Assembly (NCBI GenBank): GCA_043810355.1
Contig: JBDROB010000075.1
Coordinates: 16,565-80,564, forward strand
From: Candidatus Woesearchaeota archaeon
GTDB taxonomy: Archaea > Nanobdellota > Nanobdellia > Woesearchaeales > JAGVYU01
Direction of reading: 5' to 3'
Length of the DNA stretch: 64,000 nucleotides
This document shows, piece by piece, positions 8,435 through 17,760 of the stretch. The position numbers and the translations under genes are program-made. Numbering within the stretch: the first letter of the stretch is position 1; each line of letters begins with the position of its first letter. The notes under the pieces were generated by a model. The model did no database searches and had not been told where the DNA came from. It saw nothing but the letters and a program-made list of their open reading frames with translations.

Positions 8435-9106
8435 ATGGGAGATCCAAAAAAATTAAGGAAAAAGTATTCAGGACCAAGTCATCCTTGGAAAAAGGATCGT
8501 ATTGAATCAGAGGCAGTTCTGGTCAAAGAATATGGTCTAAGGAATAAGAAGGAGATTTGGCGTTTAGAATCAAAAATCAAAAATTTCAAGGATCAGGTCA
8601 AGAACCTGAGCGCAAAAAAGACAAATCAGTCTGAGATAGAAAAGAGCAATCTATTAAATAAATTAAGAAGCATAAAAATTCTTTCAGAGACCTCAACTCT
8701 TGAGGATACTTTAAGTTTGACTGTTAAGGACTTGATGGAAAGGCGTCTTCAGACACTGGTTTTTAGAAAGGGTTTGGCCAATTCAGTTAACCAGGCAAGG
8801 CAGTTTATTGTTCACCGTCATGTTTCAATTGGTGACCAAAAGATTTCAGTCCCATCTTATATTGTTCATGTTGATGAGGAGCCTTTGATAAGATTCTCAG
8901 ACAATTCTGCATTAAAAGATGAAGATCATCCTGAAAGAAAAAAGCCTGAAGTTGAAAAAGTCCCTGGGTTGAAGAAAGAGAAACCTATGAGTGATATGAA
9001 AAATAGAAGGCAAGGGCAAAAAAAGGACTTTAAGCATGACAAATTTAAAAAATTGCATAAAAAACAATCTAATAAAGGAAGATCGAAAAAGGATAGTAAG
9101 GAGTAA
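8435..9106 (+). CDS. rps4: 30S ribosomal protein S4 (uS4) with a ~50-aa Lys-rich C-terminal extension.
   Basis: '[42 protein letters not shown]' S4 domain. Confidence 0.9.
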   Translation: MGDPKKLRKKYSGPSHPWKKDRIESEAVLVKEYGLRNKKEIWRLESKIKNFKDQVKNLSAKKTNQSEIEKSNLLNKLRSIKILSETSTLEDTLSLTVKDLMERRLQTLVFRKGLANSVNQARQFIVHRHVSIGDQKISVPSYIVHVDEEPLIRFSDNSALKDEDHPERKKPEVEKVPGLKKEKPMSDMKNRRQGQKKDFKHDKFKKLHKKQSNKGRSKKDSKE

Positions 9107-9108
9107 AA

Positions 9109-9510
9109 ATGCAAGATAGAAGAAATCTAAGATGGGGAATTGCACACATATATTCTTCATATAATAATACTATAATCCATATTACAGACATAACTGGAAC
9201 AGAAACACTTGCAAGAACTTCAGGAGGAATGGTTGTTAAATCTGACAGGATGGAGTCTTCTCCGACTGCAGCAATGATCGCCTCTAAAAAAGCTGCAGAG
9301 ATAGCAAAAGATAAGGGAATTGATGGTATCCATGTTAAGATAAAGGCTCCTGGAGGTCACAATGGCCCAAATAATCCAGGACCTGGAGCTCAAGCTGCAA
9401 TCAGGGCTTTGTCCAGGATGGGATTGAAGATTGGAATAATTGAGGATGTAACTCCTATACCTCATGATGGTTGCAGGAAAAAAGGCGGTAGGAGAGGGAG
9501 GCGTGTCTAA
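9109..9510 (+). CDS. rps11: 30S ribosomal protein S11 (uS11).
   Basis: '[35 protein letters not shown]...[23 protein letters not shown]'. Confidence 0.9.
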   Translation: MQDRRNLRWGIAHIYSSYNNTIIHITDITGTETLARTSGGMVVKSDRMESSPTAAMIASKKAAEIAKDKGIDGIHVKIKAPGGHNGPNNPGPGAQAAIRALSRMGLKIGIIEDVTPIPHDGCRKKGGRRGRRV

Positions 9511-9511
9511 A

Positions 9512-10297
9512 ATGGAAATAAGTTTTTTGGGCAAGGATGAAAAACATAACAGGGTATCTTTTATCTTAAAAGGAGCAGATCCTACAATAGCTAACACCAT
9601 TAGAAAAAATATTATTGAAAGTGTTCCAACAATGGCGATTGATGATGTTGAATTTAGAAAAAACAGTTCTGCATTATATGATGAGATAATTGCACACAGG
9701 CTTGGTCTGATCCCTATTAAGACTGATCTGAAAAGTTATGATTTGAAACAAGGATGTAAATGCAAAGGTGAAGGCTGTGCTCGTTGCAGTGTGAAAATGA
9801 CTTTGTCTGAAAAAGGTCCTGGTATTGTTTATGCTTCAAGTATCAAGTCAAAGGATTCTCAGATAAAGCCAATCTTTCCAAAGACTCCTATTGTGAAATT
9901 GATCAAGAATCAGGAATTGGAGTTTGAGGCAACAGCTGTTTTAGGGATTGGAAAAGACCATACAAAATGGTCTCCTGGCCTTGCTTATTACAAATATCTT
10001 CCAATTATTGAGATAAAAGGCAACATTGGTGATCCTGAAAAGATTTGTGAGATATGTCCAGTTGATGTTTATGAAGTAAAGAACAGCAAACTTGTAGTGA
10101 ACAAGGATAAGATTAATGATTGTCATTTGTGCGGTGCTTGTGTTGATATCGAGCCTAATATCAGCATTAATGAGTCAGATAAGGATTTTGTTTTTTATGT
10201 CGAGTCTTGGGGACAGTTATCAAATAAGGATATTGTTGTTAAGGCTTTGGAATTAATGGATGAAAAACTTGATGAATTTGATAAGCTCCTCAAGTAG
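9512..10297 (+). CDS. rpoD: DNA-directed RNA polymerase subunit D (Rpo3) with a 4Fe-4S ferredoxin-like insert. The start is adjusted to the ATG just after the S11 stop.
   Basis: 'MEISFLGKDEKHNRVSFILKGADPTIANTIRKNIIESVPTMAIDDVEF'. Cys cluster 'CEICPVD...CHLCGACV'. Confidence 0.85.
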   Translation: MEISFLGKDEKHNRVSFILKGADPTIANTIRKNIIESVPTMAIDDVEFRKNSSALYDEIIAHRLGLIPIKTDLKSYDLKQGCKCKGEGCARCSVKMTLSEKGPGIVYASSIKSKDSQIKPIFPKTPIVKLIKNQELEFEATAVLGIGKDHTKWSPGLAYYKYLPIIEIKGNIGDPEKICEICPVDVYEVKNSKLVVNKDKINDCHLCGACVDIEPNISINESDKDFVFYVESWGQLSNKDIVVKALELMDEKLDEFDKLLK

Positions 10298-10310
10298 CAC
10301 TCTCATTTAT

Positions 10311-10436
10311 GCGAGGGTGTCAGAGTCTGGTCAAATGACTACGGTTGAGGGCCGTAGGCCTTAGTGGCTGCGCGGGTTCGAATATCCCAGAGGGAGACTA
10401 CAAATCCCTCAGGATTTGAAAGTCCCGTCCTTCGCA
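10311..10436 (+). tRNA. tRNA-Leu (anticodon GAG), type II with a long variable arm. It has a ~40-nt non-canonical intron in the T-arm region (between T-loop and 3' T-stem, ~10384-10423). No encoded CCA.
   Basis: Acceptor GCGAGGG / CCUUCGC (one G-U) plus discriminator A. D-stem UCA/UGA. Anticodon stem UACGG/CCGUA with loop UUGAGGG. Variable arm GGCCUUAGUGGCUG. T-stem GCGGG/CCCGU flanks the T-loop UUCGAAU. The intervening 40 nt form their own hairpin (GAGGGA/UCCCUC). Confidence 0.6.
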
Positions 10437-10530
10437 TATTAAATTCATATTTACATATTAAAATCAACTCAAAATGGCAAAACCACCAAAAATCAAAGAT
10501 ATTTTTGAGGTTCCATTTTAACAAGTTAAA

Positions 10531-10893
10531 ATGAAACGAACAGGACCAACAAATCCGAGGTTGAATTTCCTCATATCAGAGTTAAAGAAAGTTGGTAGTA
10601 TCAAGAAGATCAATCTGTTTAAGAGGCTTGCATTTGATCTTGAAAAATCTACAAGAAATAGAAGAATTGTTAATCTTTCAAGGATCAATAGGCATACTTC
10701 TGATAATGAAACAATTGTAATTCCAGGAAAAGTTCTTGGTGATGGTTCTTTGGATCACAAATTGACAATTTATGCTTTTGATTATTCAAATGGTGCAGTC
10801 TCAAGCATTGAGAATGCTTCTTCAAAAGCTTTGAAGATAGAGGAATTGCTGAATTCAGAGATAAAAGGTAAGAAAATCAGGATTATAGGTTGA
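10531..10893 (+). CDS. rpl18e: 50S ribosomal protein L18e.
   Basis: 'TGPTNPRLNFLISELKKVG...IVIPGKVLGDGSLDHKLTIYAFDYS'. Confidence 0.85.
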   Translation: MKRTGPTNPRLNFLISELKKVGSIKKINLFKRLAFDLEKSTRNRRIVNLSRINRHTSDNETIVIPGKVLGDGSLDHKLTIYAFDYSNGAVSSIENASSKALKIEELLNSEIKGKKIRIIG

Positions 10894-11318
10894 TTAAAAT
10901 GATAATAAACGGAGAAAATCTTATTGTTGGAAGGGTTGCTACAGTTGTGGCAAAGATGGCATTATTAGGTGATAAGATTGATATTGTCAATTGCGAGAAA
11001 ATGGTGATTACTGGCAAGAGGGACGAGATCCTTAGAAGGTATCAAACTGCTAGAAAAAGAGGAATTCATACAAAAGGTCCTTTCATCAAAAGACATCCTG
11101 ATAGGTTTGTCAGGAAAATAATTAGGGGTATGCTTCCTTACAAGCAACCTAAAGGAAGAGTTGCATTTAAGAACATTATGTGTTATATCAGTATTCCTGA
11201 TGTCTATAAGGACAAAGAAATTGTAACTATTGAGAATGCTAATGTGTCAAAGATGGATAATTTGAATTATATTCAGATTGGTAGATTAATGAAACTTTTA
11301 GGTGGAAATTATGAATAA
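10890..11318 (+). CDS. rpl13: 50S ribosomal protein L13 (uL13).
   Basis: 'IINGENLIVGRVATVVAKMALLGDKIDIVNCEKMVITGKRDEI'. Confidence 0.9.
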   Translation: MIKMIINGENLIVGRVATVVAKMALLGDKIDIVNCEKMVITGKRDEILRRYQTARKRGIHTKGPFIKRHPDRFVRKIIRGMLPYKQPKGRVAFKNIMCYISIPDVYKDKEIVTIENANVSKMDNLNYIQIGRLMKLLGGNYE

Positions 11319-11715
11319 GATATTTACAGTATCTGGAAAGAGAAAAAGAGCAATTGCAAAGGCTACTATTCGTCCTGGTAATGGTGTTGTCAAGATAAAC
11401 AATGTATTGATTGATCTGATCCAGCCAGGGATTTCAAGGGCAAAGATGCAGGAACCATTGATTATTGCTGGTTCTTTGTCTAATTCAATAGATATTGATA
11501 TAAAAGTTGAAGGTGGTGGTATGAATTCACAGGCTGATGCTATCAGATTGGCTATTGCTAAATCTATTCTTGCTTTTTCAAAAGATGGTAAACTTAAGAA
11601 AGAGTTTATGAATTATGATAGGCAGCTTTTGGTTGCTGATGTTAGAAGAAAAGAGCCTTCAAAACCTAACCGGCATTCTCAGGCTAGGGCTAAGAGGCAG
11701 AAATCTTACCGTTAA
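11302..11715 (+). CDS. rps9: 30S ribosomal protein S9 (uS9).
   Basis: C-terminal 'KPNRHSQARAKRQKSYR' S9 signature. Confidence 0.9.
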   Translation: MEIMNKIFTVSGKRKRAIAKATIRPGNGVVKINNVLIDLIQPGISRAKMQEPLIIAGSLSNSIDIDIKVEGGGMNSQADAIRLAIAKSILAFSKDGKLKKEFMNYDRQLLVADVRRKEPSKPNRHSQARAKRQKSYR

Positions 11716-11724
11716 AAAATAAAG

Positions 11725-11931
11725 GTGGAAAAAATGATTATACCTATAAAATGTTTAAGTTGTGGAAAACCAATTGCACACCTCTGGGAAGATTATAAGG
11801 AAAGTATTGAGAAAGGTGAAGATCCAAAAAAGACAATGGATGCTCTTGGATTAGAGAGGTATTGTTGCAGGGCAATGTTTTTAGGCCATGTTGACCTTAT
11901 TGATCAGGTTGCTAAGTTCAAGAAATTTTAA
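11725..11931 (+). CDS. rpoN: DNA-directed RNA polymerase subunit N (Rpo10).
   Basis: 'MIIPIKCLSCGKPIAHLWEDY...RYCCRAMFLGHVDLID' zinc-binding RpoN signature. Confidence 0.85.
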   Translation: MEKMIIPIKCLSCGKPIAHLWEDYKESIEKGEDPKKTMDALGLERYCCRAMFLGHVDLIDQVAKFKKF

Positions 11932-11973
11932 TAATTTTTTAATTTTTAATACAAATGGTAAAAGTGATAAAAA

Positions 11974-12180
11974 ATGAGTTTTAGAACACATCAAAAACCT
12001 ATCCTTTTGCATAGGGGTAGAAAGAGAAAAAGGCGTCAGAGAACATTTGACTCAGAAGAAAAAGCTAGAAATTATGCTGAGCTTCATAAGATATCTGATT
12101 ATACCTTAGTTAATCTAAAAAACACTGAGTCAAAGAGCAGCAAGTTCAGGATTGTTGTTGAACAGAATGAAAAACAATAA
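11974..12180 (+). CDS. Hypothetical small basic protein (68 aa). It occupies the operon position where rpoK (Rpo6) usually sits but lacks the RpoK motif.
   Basis: 'HRGRKRKRRQRT' basic patch. No 'RFE.ARIIGARALQ'. Confidence 0.4.
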   Translation: MSFRTHQKPILLHRGRKRKRRQRTFDSEEKARNYAELHKISDYTLVNLKNTESKSSKFRIVVEQNEKQ

Positions 12181-12213
12181 TTATTATATATTCTAATTTA
12201 TTTCTAAAATATA

Positions 12214-12663
12214 ATGAATCTGAATGATTTTCTTGTCAAAGCAAAACTGAATGGATATTGTAATCCAGATGTAAGGCCGCAAGAATTTGCTGATGGTAGG
12301 AGAGAATATTTATTTATAGAAGATAATATGGCCTATCATGATGCTTATCATGGTGAGAATCCTTTTCAAGGCCATGAATTGGTATGGGAAGATAATATAC
12401 CTATATGGGGTATGGTTTATAGAGGTAGAGTTATCAGTGATTCTGTCCCTCAGGATGAAATATTTGATTTTTTAAAAGTGTCCTTGAGGCATGTTGATAA
12501 GTTTTTCCCTGTTAGGGGTCCTATTAATTATTCAAGGGGAGAATTTCAGTATATCCTTGAGTCTTCAGGTGATATTGAAGAATTCAATGGTGTTGAAAGG
12601 ATCTTGCACGACAGAAAAGAAGTTTACATTCTTCGTTTTGAAGGTGGAACTATCAGATCTTAA
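12214..12663 (+). CDS. Hypothetical cytoplasmic protein (149 aa).
   Basis: ORF with non-repetitive composition. No family recognised. Confidence 0.5.
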   Translation: MNLNDFLVKAKLNGYCNPDVRPQEFADGRREYLFIEDNMAYHDAYHGENPFQGHELVWEDNIPIWGMVYRGRVISDSVPQDEIFDFLKVSLRHVDKFFPVRGPINYSRGEFQYILESSGDIEEFNGVERILHDRKEVYILRFEGGTIRS

Positions 12664-13574
12664 TGAGATTTCATGCTTAAAATGTACCCTATAATCCCAG
12701 GAATCACTGTAATCATCAAAAACCATAATATTGAGAATGAGAATCCGATTGAGGATGGCTCATTCATAATCTGGAATACAAGAACAGTGACCCATTCTCT
12801 TAATCCTAATCCTGATATTGTGATTGGTGCATTTCCCAACAATATTATTATAGGCAGGCTAAAGACTATCAGTGGATTGATATCATTCTTGAATGCAATC
12901 AGTATGAAAAATGCAGGTATAAAGCTGACAATATAATATAACAGTCCAAAAAAGAATGCTTTGAACAATGCGTTTTTGTTCTTTGCTAATCTCCTCATGT
13001 TTTCAATATAGTTTGTTTTGGATTCTTCTGAAAACTTCAGGAACCTTGCTATCAGGTTTACTATTCTTTTATTCATTATTAGGATTGTTCCAATTACCAA
13101 TATCAACCCAATTCCTAATGTAACAAAAAAGATTAGATAATTTTTGAATAAGACTAGGATAGCAATACTGCTGAGTATGATCAATGATCCAATATCAATT
13201 ATTTTCTCCCAAATGACTGTTGGAATCACTTTAGAAGCCCTTTCTTTCAGATAAAGTGCTCTGACCAATTCTCCTGATTTTCCAGGAGTCACCATTCCAT
13301 AAAAGATTCCAATTAGCAGCACTTTGATATTTTCCAATAGCTTGCATCTTATTCCAACACCTTCAAGCAATGCATTCCATTTTAATGCCCTCAATATGTA
13401 AACCATAAATATGAATGGGATTGCATAAATAACATAGATCAGATTTATCTGTGAAAAAACCTCAATTATCTTGTCAATCTTGATCTTAAACACAAGAAAC
13501 CCTAATAAGATTATAGTAATCAATGCTTTTATTATTGTGTTCCTCAGCTTTCCTTTTCTTTTTTTAAATTCCAT
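12660..13574 (-). CDS. Flippase-like membrane protein of the UPF0104 / lysyl-phosphatidylglycerol synthase TM-region family.
   Basis: 'LKWNALLEGVGI...LLIGIFYGMVTPGKSGELVRALYL' pattern. Eight hydrophobic segments. Confidence 0.55.
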   Translation of the reverse strand: MEFKKRKGKLRNTIIKALITIILLGFLVFKIKIDKIIEVFSQINLIYVIYAIPFIFMVYILRALKWNALLEGVGIRCKLLENIKVLLIGIFYGMVTPGKSGELVRALYLKERASKVIPTVIWEKIIDIGSLIILSSIAILVLFKNYLIFFVTLGIGLILVIGTILIMNKRIVNLIARFLKFSEESKTNYIENMRRLAKNKNALFKAFFFGLLYYIVSFIPAFFILIAFKNDINPLIVFSLPIIILLGNAPITISGLGLREWVTVLVFQIMNEPSSIGFSFSILWFLMITVIPGIIGYILSMKSH

Positions 13575-13610
13575 TGCTGTTATAATTTAATATTCATATA
13601 AAAACTTAAT

Positions 13611-14258
13611 CTATTTATCTGCATAAGCCCAGTTATTTAGAAACAGTTCAAAATATCCTAATCTAATTTTATCTTTTTCAAATCCAGCTAAAATTAGATA
13701 CTTTCTAATCTTCTTATGATTATAGCTTCCTTTGTGCTCTTCAATCTCCTCCTTGCTGATCAACCCTAGTCTTGCCATCACTCTTAACAATAAATCTGTC
13801 CAAGGGCAGGGAGTAGTTAGGATAAATCTTCCATTCTCTTTTAAAATCCTCTTGATCTCTTTCAAGACATTGACAATTATATCAGGCTCAATATGCTCAA
13901 ACACAGCCAGCATTGTTACAACATCAAAATGTTTTTCATGAAAAGGGATCTTAAACCCATTATCAATATTCTGTCCGATTATTTTTATATTATCCACTTT
14001 CTTTGCAGCACTGTCTATACCAATTTTCTCTTTAAATCTTGTATGTAATAAAAAATAGGGATAGCTTCCACATCCAATATCAAGTATCTTCCCTTCCCTA
14101 TGCCTTTTTGGAATGAGCTTGTTTGATATCTCTGCCCTCTTCTTAGATAGAAAATTTTCCAGTAATCCGAATCCTCTTGTGTGCTGGACCATTTTTTCAG
14201 AATAAATTTCATTCAGTGTTACTTCTTCAGCATATCTGCAAGCAATCCAAACAGCCAT
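13611..14258 (-). CDS. Class I SAM-dependent methyltransferase. The start may be the internal Met at ~14192, since 14258 overlaps the upstream GT2 by 40 nt.
   Basis: Motif I 'ILDIGCGSYPYF'. 'VVTMLAVFEHIEPD' post-I/II. Confidence 0.65.
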   Translation of the reverse strand: MAVWIACRYAEEVTLNEIYSEKMVQHTRGFGLLENFLSKKRAEISNKLIPKRHREGKILDIGCGSYPYFLLHTRFKEKIGIDSAAKKVDNIKIIGQNIDNGFKIPFHEKHFDVVTMLAVFEHIEPDIIVNVLKEIKRILKENGRFILTTPCPWTDLLLRVMARLGLISKEEIEEHKGSYNHKKIRKYLILAGFEKDKIRLGYFELFLNNWAYADK

Positions 14259-15115
14259 ATCTGAAGTCCTACTATTATGAATAATACCATTAATATTGAC
14301 ACATATGGATGCCCAACCTTTCCTGCTTCGATAAATTTGACAACAAGCCAGATTCCTAGCAATACCCCTACAAATATCATGAACATCCCGATTGTCCCAA
14401 ATATTTTCAATGGCTCATAATCCCTTATGATCCTTATTATATTCAGCCATGCTTTTGCCGCATACTCAAACGGATTGCTGATTAACCTGCTTTTTGTGCC
14501 TCCTCCTCTTTTTGCAAAATTTACAGGTATCTCTTTGATTGCAAACTTTTCTTTTGCACTTCGTATGATCTGTTCTTGAGTATATGTATGTGTTGAAGTT
14601 ATCTTGACCTTTTCAACAATATCTCTTGTAAATGCCCTAAATCCTGTCTGCCCATCTGTTATATTCAGTCTTGTTATGTTTGAGATTACTTTTGAAAATG
14701 CTTTATTACCTATTCTTTTGATAAGGGGCATGCTCTCTATTTTCCCCCTAAATCTGCTGCCAAGTACCAGGTCATACCCATTTTCAACCTCTTTGATTAA
14801 TCTTGGGATGTCTTCTGCATGATATTGTCCGTCTGCATCAGTGTGGATTATGACATCAAAATTCATTTTTAGGCATTCCTTCATCTCTGTCCTAAATGTT
14901 TCTGCTAGTCCATAATTTCTTTGATGAGATACAACAACAGCTCCTTTTTGTTCTGCAATGAATTTTGTATTATCATTGCTGCCATCATTGACAACTAATA
15001 TCTTGTATTGATAGTCAGTTTGGTCCATAACTTTCTTGATATTGTCAATGACCGGGCCTATTGTTTTCTCTTCATTATATGCAGGTATTGAGATAATAAC
15101 TCTAGTTACTTTCAT
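14219..15115 (-). CDS. GT2 glycosyltransferase, dolichyl-phosphate hexose synthase (Dpm1-like) with C-terminal TM helices.
   Basis: 'ISIPAYNEEKTIGPVIDNI...LVVNDGSNDNT...HTDADGQY' (DxD). Confidence 0.8.
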   Translation of the reverse strand: MKVTRVIISIPAYNEEKTIGPVIDNIKKVMDQTDYQYKILVVNDGSNDNTKFIAEQKGAVVVSHQRNYGLAETFRTEMKECLKMNFDVIIHTDADGQYHAEDIPRLIKEVENGYDLVLGSRFRGKIESMPLIKRIGNKAFSKVISNITRLNITDGQTGFRAFTRDIVEKVKITSTHTYTQEQIIRSAKEKFAIKEIPVNFAKRGGGTKSRLISNPFEYAAKAWLNIIRIIRDYEPLKIFGTIGMFMIFVGVLLGIWLVVKFIEAGKVGHPYVSILMVLFIIVGLQIWLFGLLADMLKK

Positions 15116-15222
15116 AATATTTAAGAATATTATTGGCTTTAAAAACCTTATTAAACTTAAGAATATAATGTCCTATTTATTATACATAAATATTTAAATA
15201 AAAGATTTCTTCTATTTCCATT

Positions 15223-17061
15223 ATGTCATTTGTAACAATCATATTATTCTTCATCTACATATATGGCTTAGGTTTCTCTATAACCTATTTTTTAAAGAAC
15301 TCTGAAAATTTCTGGGAAAGGAATATTATGAGATTAGGAATTGGATTAGGGGCATTCCCATTACTAGGTGTCCTGATCAACCTTCTCAGAATACCATTGG
15401 ATTGGAAAGTATTCCTTGGAATAAGTATTATACTTCCAATTGCTTTATACTTGTGGAAAAGGAAAAATCCTGATTTCAGCTCTGCTTTCAAGATTTCAAA
15501 ATCAAATATTTATATTCTTCTTGCTTTGATCATCTTCATAATCCATCTTGTTGTCTTTGTCCAAGGCTCATATGCTTATCCTTTTCATGAGGATGATGAC
15601 TCTTGGGAGCATGCAAGGTCAATAAAATATGTTGCTGAGACAAAGACTGCTTTTGAGCCAAAAGACAATAATATTTTTCATTATATTGATTCTTACCCTC
15701 CTGGATATGATATTCTGATGGGTATGTTTGTCCAGACTAGTGGTTCAGTCTATTGGACTATGAAATTTATGAATTCTTTGATTATTTCCTTAGGAATCCT
15801 TTTCTTCTATTTCTTTGCAAAAATATTCACTAAATCAAGAAAAAAAGCATTGTATGCCACAATTGTGTTAGCCCTTATTCCTTCATTCCTAACACATTTC
15901 ATTTGGGCTTATGGAATGGCTATTATCATGATTTTTCCATTATTTTATTGTCTTGAGATGATAAATTATGATAAAAAATGGATGTATCCATCTGCAATAG
16001 TTTTTGCAGGGATGTCTGTGACACAGCCTACCTCAACATTAAAGATTGGATTGATGTATATCATATATTGGATTATCAAGGTCTGGAGAAAGCATCCAAG
16101 TGCAAAAAAGATACTTGTTGCAGGAATTTTGGCTGTGATCCTTTCAACAGCATTTTGGTGGGGTCCTATGTTTATAAAACATGGTTGGCCTGATATTTTA
16201 CATTATGGACTTGATGTGAATCAGACTGGAAGAGATCCTTCAATCCTGAAGATTCAGGGTAGTGATGATCGTATCTTTCCGCCATCTGATTTCTTTTTTG
16301 CTAAAAAGACCAATATGATCAATGCTCCAAGGGGTTGGGGAATTGCTATATCATTGATTCTTATCTTGTCTTTGATATACATAGGATTTAGAAGAAGATC
16401 ATTGTTAAAAGAGGTAAATTTGTGGCTTCTGATAACAGTTGTCTGGTTTTTTTACATGCTTATCGGCTTGGAAAGCTATGCTCTTCCTGTCCAGATGATA
16501 GCCTTTAGATACTGGGCTTTGCTGGCAATCCCAGTTGCCTTGCTCACAGCTGAAGGGATTTTCCTTATTATCTCATTGCTGAAAGGATTTAAGATACCTC
16601 CTATTGCAACATTGATAGTCTTAATTTTGCTGATATTTGCAACTGCTGGCTATCATAAATATATTCATAATACTTCACCTAATTGGCCTGCAGGAACTGG
16701 TTGGTCTTCTCCTGATGAACTCCAAGGTTATCTCAATCTAAGAGACCTTCCTTCTGGAACAAAAATATTTACATTGACTCCTGCTGGAGATGCTTGGCTT
16801 ACTGGCTATGATATGTACACTTGCGGTTGGTGCAAGGATGAGTTGGATTTCAAATCCTCTGCAGTCAACAAGTCTCCTGAAGAAATCTACAATTTCATAA
16901 AGCCAAAGGGCTATGAGTATTTTATCCTAGACACAATTACAGCTGGTTATTATGGTGCTGACCAGACTAAAATTTTGATAGAAAAAACCCTGAACTCAAC
17001 TAATTTCATACCTCAGCAAAAATTCTCCACAAATGGCATGATTTTGTTTAAATTGTCTTAA
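15223..17061 (+). CDS. GT-C fold integral-membrane glycosyltransferase (ArnT/PMT_2-like, GT39/GT83-type).
   Basis: First-loop acidic motif 'HEDDDSWEHARS'. '...YPPGYDIL...SLGILFFYFFAKIFTKSRKKALYATIVLALIPSF'. At least 11 TM segments. Confidence 0.6.
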   Translation: MSFVTIILFFIYIYGLGFSITYFLKNSENFWERNIMRLGIGLGAFPLLGVLINLLRIPLDWKVFLGISIILPIALYLWKRKNPDFSSAFKISKSNIYILLALIIFIIHLVVFVQGSYAYPFHEDDDSWEHARSIKYVAETKTAFEPKDNNIFHYIDSYPPGYDILMGMFVQTSGSVYWTMKFMNSLIISLGILFFYFFAKIFTKSRKKALYATIVLALIPSFLTHFIWAYGMAIIMIFPLFYCLEMINYDKKWMYPSAIVFAGMSVTQPTSTLKIGLMYIIYWIIKVWRKHPSAKKILVAGILAVILSTAFWWGPMFIKHGWPDILHYGLDVNQTGRDPSILKIQGSDDRIFPPSDFFFAKKTNMINAPRGWGIAISLILILSLIYIGFRRRSLLKEVNLWLLITVVWFFYMLIGLESYALPVQMIAFRYWALLAIPVALLTAEGIFLIISLLKGFKIPPIATLIVLILLIFATAGYHKYIHNTSPNWPAGTGWSSPDELQGYLNLRDLPSGTKIFTLTPAGDAWLTGYDMYTCGWCKDELDFKSSAVNKSPEEIYNFIKPKGYEYFILDTITAGYYGADQTKILIEKTLNSTNFIPQQKFSTNGMILFKLS

Positions 17062-17747
17062 TCAACAAACCTATACTTGATCAGATAAAAGAATGCCTTT
17101 ATCCCGTCTCTCCATGTTATCTTCTTTCCTTCCTTGAAATCCCTGCAGTGATAGCTTATCGGAACTTCAACAATCTTGATCCTTTTCTTCAGGACTTTTG
17201 CAGTCACTTCTGGCTCAAAATCAAAGCGCTTTGCCCTTAGCCGTATATTTTTTATCACTTCAGCCTTAAAAACCTTGTAGCATGTCTCCATATCAGTGAT
17301 CCTTCCTCCAAAAAGCAGATTTGTAATTGCAGTCAATCCTAGATTGCCGATATAATGTATCCTGTATTTTGGCACTTTCTTGAGGTTGATAAACCTTGAT
17401 CCATATACAACAGATGCTTTTCCGCTTAATATTGGTTCTAATAATTGTGGATATTCATTGATGTCATATTCTAGGTCAGCATCCTGTATCATTATGATTT
17501 CTCCAGTTGCATTTTTTATCCCAGTCCTGATTGCAGCTCCTTTCCCTTTGTTCTTCTCATGGAATATTATTTTTATCTGTTTGTCATTGATAAGATGAAG
17601 TATCTTCCTTGTTCCATCTCTGCTTCCGTCATCAACTATTATTATCTCTTTGGATATATTGCCTATTTTCACATTTTTGACTCTCTTGATTACCTCAACT
17701 AAAGTCTTCTCTTCATTATAGGTTGGAATTATTATGCTTAATTTCAT
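17058..17747 (-). CDS. GT2 glycosyltransferase (Dpm1-like, soluble form).
   Basis: 'LSIIIPTYNEEKTLVEVIKRV...IIVDDGSRDGT...QDADLEYD'. Confidence 0.8.
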   Translation of the reverse strand: MKLSIIIPTYNEEKTLVEVIKRVKNVKIGNISKEIIIVDDGSRDGTRKILHLINDKQIKIIFHEKNKGKGAAIRTGIKNATGEIIMIQDADLEYDINEYPQLLEPILSGKASVVYGSRFINLKKVPKYRIHYIGNLGLTAITNLLFGGRITDMETCYKVFKAEVIKNIRLRAKRFDFEPEVTAKVLKKRIKIVEVPISYHCRDFKEGKKITWRDGIKAFFYLIKYRFVD

Positions 17748-17760
17748 TTTTCTCTCAAGA

